From a virus: a DNA stretch of 39,860 nt. How positions within the stretch are numbered: position 1 is the stretch's first letter; each line of letters begins with the position of its first letter. Where the stretch lies: IMG/VR virus record IMGVR_UViG_3300045988_157278. One strand, 5' to 3'. The position numbers and the translations under genes were made by a program. Shown in pieces: positions 36,429 to 39,860 of this stretch. Below the pieces are notes generated by a model. It had not been told where the DNA came from and ran no database searches. It saw only the letters and a program-made list of their open reading frames with translations.

Positions 36429-37604
36429 ATGTCGATAAAATATGGATTTTTCAATAGTGTTAACAAGGATAGACAATATGACGCAAATGATTTTAACTAT
36501 GGTTTGCGTAAGTTGATATCAAATGGCGTCTTTGCTGAACCGGGGAATAATCTGCAGGTGATGGCCGGAAGCGGTATGAACATCGTAATCAAAAAGGGAG
36601 AAGCGAGACTGGATTGGAAGTGGTTCATATCGGATGCCGATGAAATATTAACGATTGCAGCATCCGATGTTTCACTGAATCGTATCGACCGCATTGTTAT
36701 CCGTCTGGACTTTACGGCACGGACGATAAACTTCGCAATAAAGAAAGGCGCAGGAGCAACGAACCCGACTGCTCCGGACATCGAAAGGACTTCATCGGTA
36801 TTTGAATTAGGGTTAGCACTGATCAACATACCAAAGCAGACAACGACGATCACCCAGTCACTCATCACAGATACCAGAATGGATGCAGGTGTATGTGGTG
36901 TCGTTACCGGATTGATTGACCAAGTAGATACCACAACGCTATTTAACCAATACCAGACAGCTTTTCAGGAAGACCGCACCTTTAATAATGCAGCTTTCAA
37001 TACATGGTTCTCTGGAATAAAAGAGCAGATGTCTACCTCAACGCTCATCCGTAAGTTTACGAATATCATGACCAGTACAGCCGGACAAAAAGTATTCAAC
37101 ATCGGCATAGTGGGCTATAACACTACTTTGGATATCTTGGAGGTATATATCAATGGATTGCGGACAGCTGAGACAATAGACTACACGCATGATGCTACGC
37201 AGATAACCTTGACAAAAGCACTGGATGCTGGACAGCAGCTGGAAGTCGTGGTATGGAAATCAATCGATGGTGCGAATGCAATCACTGTTATAGAAGAGGT
37301 TGAGCAGCTGCAGAATGAAAAGTTGGATAAAACTGGCGGAGAAGTAACAGGAAATATAACACTTGATACAGGTACAAGAATGATGGTAAAAGATAAAAAT
37401 AATACAGGACTTAATGGCTTGTCTTTATTAGATGACAGACTTCTTTTAGGAAATAGCATGTATAAAACAGCCATAGGTTCTAAAAATGTACCGATATGGG
37501 ATAGTGGGACTACTGCAAAAAACCTTGCTACTGAAGAATATGTAAACGCAAAGATTAAAGAATTGCAGGATCAGATCGACGCATTGAAAGGCGCAGGACA
37601 ATGA
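36429..37604 (+). CDS. receptor-binding / tail fibre protein (BppU-like N-terminus)
   Basis: N-terminus MSIKYGFFNSV...YDANDFN typical of upper-baseplate/fibre proteins. C-terminal coiled coil. Last gene of the tail operon. Confidence 0.55.
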   Translation: MSIKYGFFNSVNKDRQYDANDFNYGLRKLISNGVFAEPGNNLQVMAGSGMNIVIKKGEARLDWKWFISDADEILTIAASDVSLNRIDRIVIRLDFTARTINFAIKKGAGATNPTAPDIERTSSVFELGLALINIPKQTTTITQSLITDTRMDAGVCGVVTGLIDQVDTTTLFNQYQTAFQEDRTFNNAAFNTWFSGIKEQMSTSTLIRKFTNIMTSTAGQKVFNIGIVGYNTTLDILEVYINGLRTAETIDYTHDATQITLTKALDAGQQLEVVVWKSIDGANAITVIEEVEQLQNEKLDKTGGEVTGNITLDTGTRMMVKDKNNTGLNGLSLLDDRLLLGNSMYKTAIGSKNVPIWDSGTTAKNLATEEYVNAKIKELQDQIDALKGAGQ

Positions 37605-37613
37605 AATGAAGAT

Positions 37614-37651
37614 AACGCCCTATCTTAATAGCAAAGTGGGGCGTTTTTTTA
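37614..37651 (+). terminator. intrinsic terminator AACGCCC...GGGCGTT plus T7
   Basis: 7-bp GC-rich stem followed by TTTTTTT at the end of the structural operon. Confidence 0.55.
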
Positions 37652-37672
37652 TATTAGAATTAGTGTTATAAT
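37640..37672 (+). promoter_or_regulatory. extended -10 promoter TGTTATAAT
   Basis: TGnTATAAT at 37664-37672. It lies upstream of the basic-protein gene, after the structural terminator. Confidence 0.35.
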
Positions 37673-37695
37673 GATGATACAAAGAGGTGAGGATT

Positions 37696-37896
37696 GTGAA
37701 AATAGGAATCAGAAAACCATCTATAAAAAAATCAATAAAAGCAAGAACGACAGGAGCAGTGAAAAGAAAGGCTAAAGCTGCCGTTAATCCAATATACGGA
37801 AAGCCTGGTGTCGGATTTGCGAAAGACCCAGTAAGATCGACTAAAAACAAAGTATATAAAAAGACAACCAAAAGTGTATGGGATTTTTTTAAATAA
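37696..37896 (+). CDS. lysine-rich, very basic small protein (about 67 aa)
   Basis: K/R-rich sequence (KPSIKKSIKARTTGAVKRKAKAAVNPIYGKPG...). RBS AAAGAGGTGAGG. Confidence 0.45.
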   Translation: MKIGIRKPSIKKSIKARTTGAVKRKAKAAVNPIYGKPGVGFAKDPVRSTKNKVYKKTTKSVWDFFK

Positions 37897-37904
37897 AAAT
37901 AATT

Positions 37905-38591
37905 ATGAAAATTAAATATGATTTAACAGGCGAACGGTTTGGCAGATTATATGTCACAAAGTTAGATGGAAAAAATAAAAGTAATGAATATCTATGGTTG
38001 TGTAAATGTGACTGCGGACAACTTTGTCATGCAACAACATATGCGCTGCGGCATGGTATCAAGCGCAGCTGTGGATGCATCACGCGGGAACGTACCAGCA
38101 AACAGCTGGAGGGAGAACGATTTGGGAAGCTAACTGTCCTAAAGAGGTTGGACAAGAAAAAGCATGATTGCTATATGTGGCTTTGTAAATGTGATTGTGG
38201 AAACACATGTGAAGTAAGGACAGATGCCTTAACAAGAGGAGTAACAAAAAGCTGTGGCTGCATGCATATAACATCGTTGGATGATAAGCGCAGCAAGCTG
38301 TATGTAAAGGATACTGGCTTACAATATGTCGGTGATTATAATAAGCCAAGAAAAAGCAAAACAGGCTTTACAGGAGTAGTATACGATAAACGCAGGGCAG
38401 GTAATAAATATTATGCAAAAGTAAAATTTCAGGGGAAATATTACTATCTTGGGAGTGCAGCAACTGCAGAAGAAGCCTATGAATTATACAAATCAGGTAA
38501 AGAAAAAATACACAAGAAGTTTCTCGCGGAAAATCCTGAATATCTGCAAAGAGTTGAGGAATTGAGAAAAAAAGCGTCTAAAAAAAGATAA
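37905..38591 (+). CDS. AP2-domain DNA-binding protein with two N-terminal GERFG(R/K)L...WLCKCDCG...SCGC repeats
   Basis: AP2 signature GFTGVVYDKRRAGNKYYAKVKFQGKYYYLGSAATAEEAYELY. The N-terminal Cys motif is duplicated and is shared with the 1-847 gene. Confidence 0.6.
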   Translation: MKIKYDLTGERFGRLYVTKLDGKNKSNEYLWLCKCDCGQLCHATTYALRHGIKRSCGCITRERTSKQLEGERFGKLTVLKRLDKKKHDCYMWLCKCDCGNTCEVRTDALTRGVTKSCGCMHITSLDDKRSKLYVKDTGLQYVGDYNKPRKSKTGFTGVVYDKRRAGNKYYAKVKFQGKYYYLGSAATAEEAYELYKSGKEKIHKKFLAENPEYLQRVEELRKKASKKR

Positions 38592-38622
38592 ACCCTGTCT
38601 CTATTCAGGTAAGGCAGGGTTT
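38590..38622. terminator. bidirectional terminator hairpin AAACCCTG/CAGGGTTT between convergent genes
   Basis: 8-bp stem with A/T runs on both sides. It lies between the stop codons at 38591 (plus) and 38626 (minus). Confidence 0.5.
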
Positions 38623-38625
38623 AGA

Positions 38626-39860
38626 TTATTTCTTTTTACTTCTTTTATATATTGGGCGCCATAGGTCTTCACCTCTATCGCCGTTCGAATATCGATAAAG
38701 CAATGTACCGTATGAAATATTAGTAATTTTTGATAGTTCATTTAAAGTTACTATTTTGCCTTGATAATCGATTTCCATTTCGCTTTGAAGATTTCTCCAA
38801 AGCTCTTTTCCACGATCGCCATTTCTATAACGTCTATGTAAAGTGGTATAACCAATTCCGGTTCTATTTGATAATTCTGTAAGATTTATTTTTTCACCTT
38901 CATAATCCACTAAAATTTCTTTTCCCATAGATTTTTGAAAGAGTTGTGAACCGCTCGCGCCTTTAGAATAACGCTTCCATAAAGTAACATAATCAATTCC
39001 AGTTTTTTTTGATAATTCATATAAAGACACTTTTTCACCATCATACTCGACATATATTTTCGCTTTTTTGCTTATTTTTCTTTTATATTGCTTTATCTTC
39101 CCTGTCCATAATTCTTCACCTCGATATCCCTTATCGTAACGATATCTTAATGTAGTGTCATTTATACCTGTTATACTTGATAATTCTGGTATTGTTACCT
39201 GTTTACCATCATACTCGACATAAATATTTGCCTTATTCGGTAATCGTTCAGCACTCCATAATTCTTCACCTTGGCATCCATTATAATAACGTTGTTTCAA
39301 TGTACCTTCATTTATTCCGGTCAAAGTAGATAGCTCAGCAAAGGTTACTTGTTTACCATGATAATCAATATATATTTTGGCAGATCTTTTATTCGGTAAT
39401 CGCTTTGTACTCCATAATTCTTCGCCTCGATATCCTTTATGATAACGATTTTTCAATGTACCTTCATTTATTCCGGTCAAAGTAGATAACTCTGCAAAGG
39501 TTACTTGTTTACCATGATAATCAATATATATTTTGGCAGATCTTTTATTTGGTAATCGCTTTGTACTCCATAAGTCTTCGCCTTGATAACCGATTTTATA
39601 ACGCATGCTTAATGCAGATCGGTTTATTCCAGTTAAAGCAGATAACTCAGTAAAGGTTACTTCTCTACCATAATAATCGACACGGGTCGTCCCCTTACCT
39701 GTTAATCGTTTAGTGCTCCATAATTCTTCGCCTTGATATCCTCTATAATAACGATTTTTCAATTTAGTTTCGCTTATCCCTGTTAAAGTAGATAGCTCAG
39801 CAAAAGTTACTTGTTTACCATGATAATCAATATATATTTTGGCAGATCTTTTATTCGGTA
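38626..39860 (-). CDS. tandem NUMOD1-like HTH repeat protein, C-terminal part. The 5' end runs off the window. Probably the same gene as 1-847.
   Basis: About eight repeats of roughly 52 aa (...YHGKQVTFAELSTLTGINEGTLKNRYHKGYRGEELWSTKRLPNK...). The track start at 39762 is a TTG, and the frame stays open to the window end. Confidence 0.6.
   Translation of the reverse strand, partial: PNKRSAKIYIDYHGKQVTFAELSTLTGISETKLKNRYYRGYQGEELWSTKRLTGKGTTRVDYYGREVTFTELSALTGINRSALSMRYKIGYQGEDLWSTKRLPNKRSAKIYIDYHGKQVTFAELSTLTGINEGTLKNRYHKGYRGEELWSTKRLPNKRSAKIYIDYHGKQVTFAELSTLTGINEGTLKQRYYNGCQGEELWSAERLPNKANIYVEYDGKQVTIPELSSITGINDTTLRYRYDKGYRGEELWTGKIKQYKRKISKKAKIYVEYDGEKVSLYELSKKTGIDYVTLWKRYSKGASGSQLFQKSMGKEILVDYEGEKINLTELSNRTGIGYTTLHRRYRNGDRGKELWRNLQSEMEIDYQGKIVTLNELSKITNISYGTLLYRYSNGDRGEDLWRPIYKRSKKK

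Noticed and set aside
1-39860. Genome-wide TGA reassignment (code 4 or 25) as the explanation for the split 3D-domain gene
   Set aside because: TGA terminates many confident genes exactly where expected, including the large terminase, tape measure protein, Tal, methyltransferase, rep and receptor-binding protein. So the standard code applies and the internal TGA at 6136 must be local.

Overview
The window reads as a complete or near-complete temperate siphovirus-like phage genome from a low-GC Gram-positive (Firmicutes-type) host. It shows strong Shine-Dalgarno sites and about 40% GC. No host flanking genes are visible. The two window ends sit inside the same family of about 153-156 nt tandem repeats and share an identical 36-nt string in matching reading frames. 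The simplest reading is a circular or circularly permuted contig in which one roughly 681-aa gene is split across the window edges.

Gene order, left to right:
- **Lysogeny module (1-1470, minus strand):** three genes in a row on the minus strand. The largest is the AP2 plus tandem NUMOD1-like repeat protein.
- **Control region (about 1471-2030):** AT-rich and non-coding, with palindromes and direct repeats. It is a candidate attP and operator region.
- **Integrase and repressor:** a tyrosine integrase at 2037-3371 and a divergent cI-like XRE repressor.
- **Immunity switch:** a consensus sigma-70 promoter driving small early genes.
- **Moron region (4.9-7.1 kb):** an AT-rich minus-strand gene of unknown function, a 3D-domain cell-wall protein gene interrupted by an in-frame TGA, and a very acidic early protein.
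- **Replication and anti-restriction module (7.2-16.9 kb):** a rolling-circle Rep with HUH motifs, a beta-class amino-methyltransferase, an SNF2 helicase, an ASCH-domain protein, several zinc-ribbon proteins, a Lar-family protein and a second Xer-like tyrosine recombinase. It also holds many small ORFs, including a duplicated pair, and ends with an ArpU-like regulator followed by a terminator.
- **Lysis cassette (17.1-18.4 kb):** two holins and a CHAP plus SH3b endolysin.
- **Fibre-like genes:** an HTH protein resembling a small terminase subunit, then two fibre-like genes. One has FN3 repeats and the other a tail-collar domain with HxH repeats.
- **Packaging and head genes:** HNH plus P-loop endonuclease, P27-type small terminase subunit, large terminase subunit, portal, prohead protease and major capsid protein.
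- **Tail genes:** head-tail adaptors, major tail protein, a G/GT chaperone with an A_AAA_AAC slippery site and hairpin, tape measure protein, distal tail protein, tail-associated protein, and a receptor-binding protein followed by a terminator.
- **Accessory island (after 37.6 kb):** a lysine-rich basic protein, an AP2 plus Cys-repeat protein and the convergent NUMOD-repeat gene.

No tRNA, rRNA or CRISPR array was recognised. TGA is a normal stop in many confident genes, so the standard genetic code applies.
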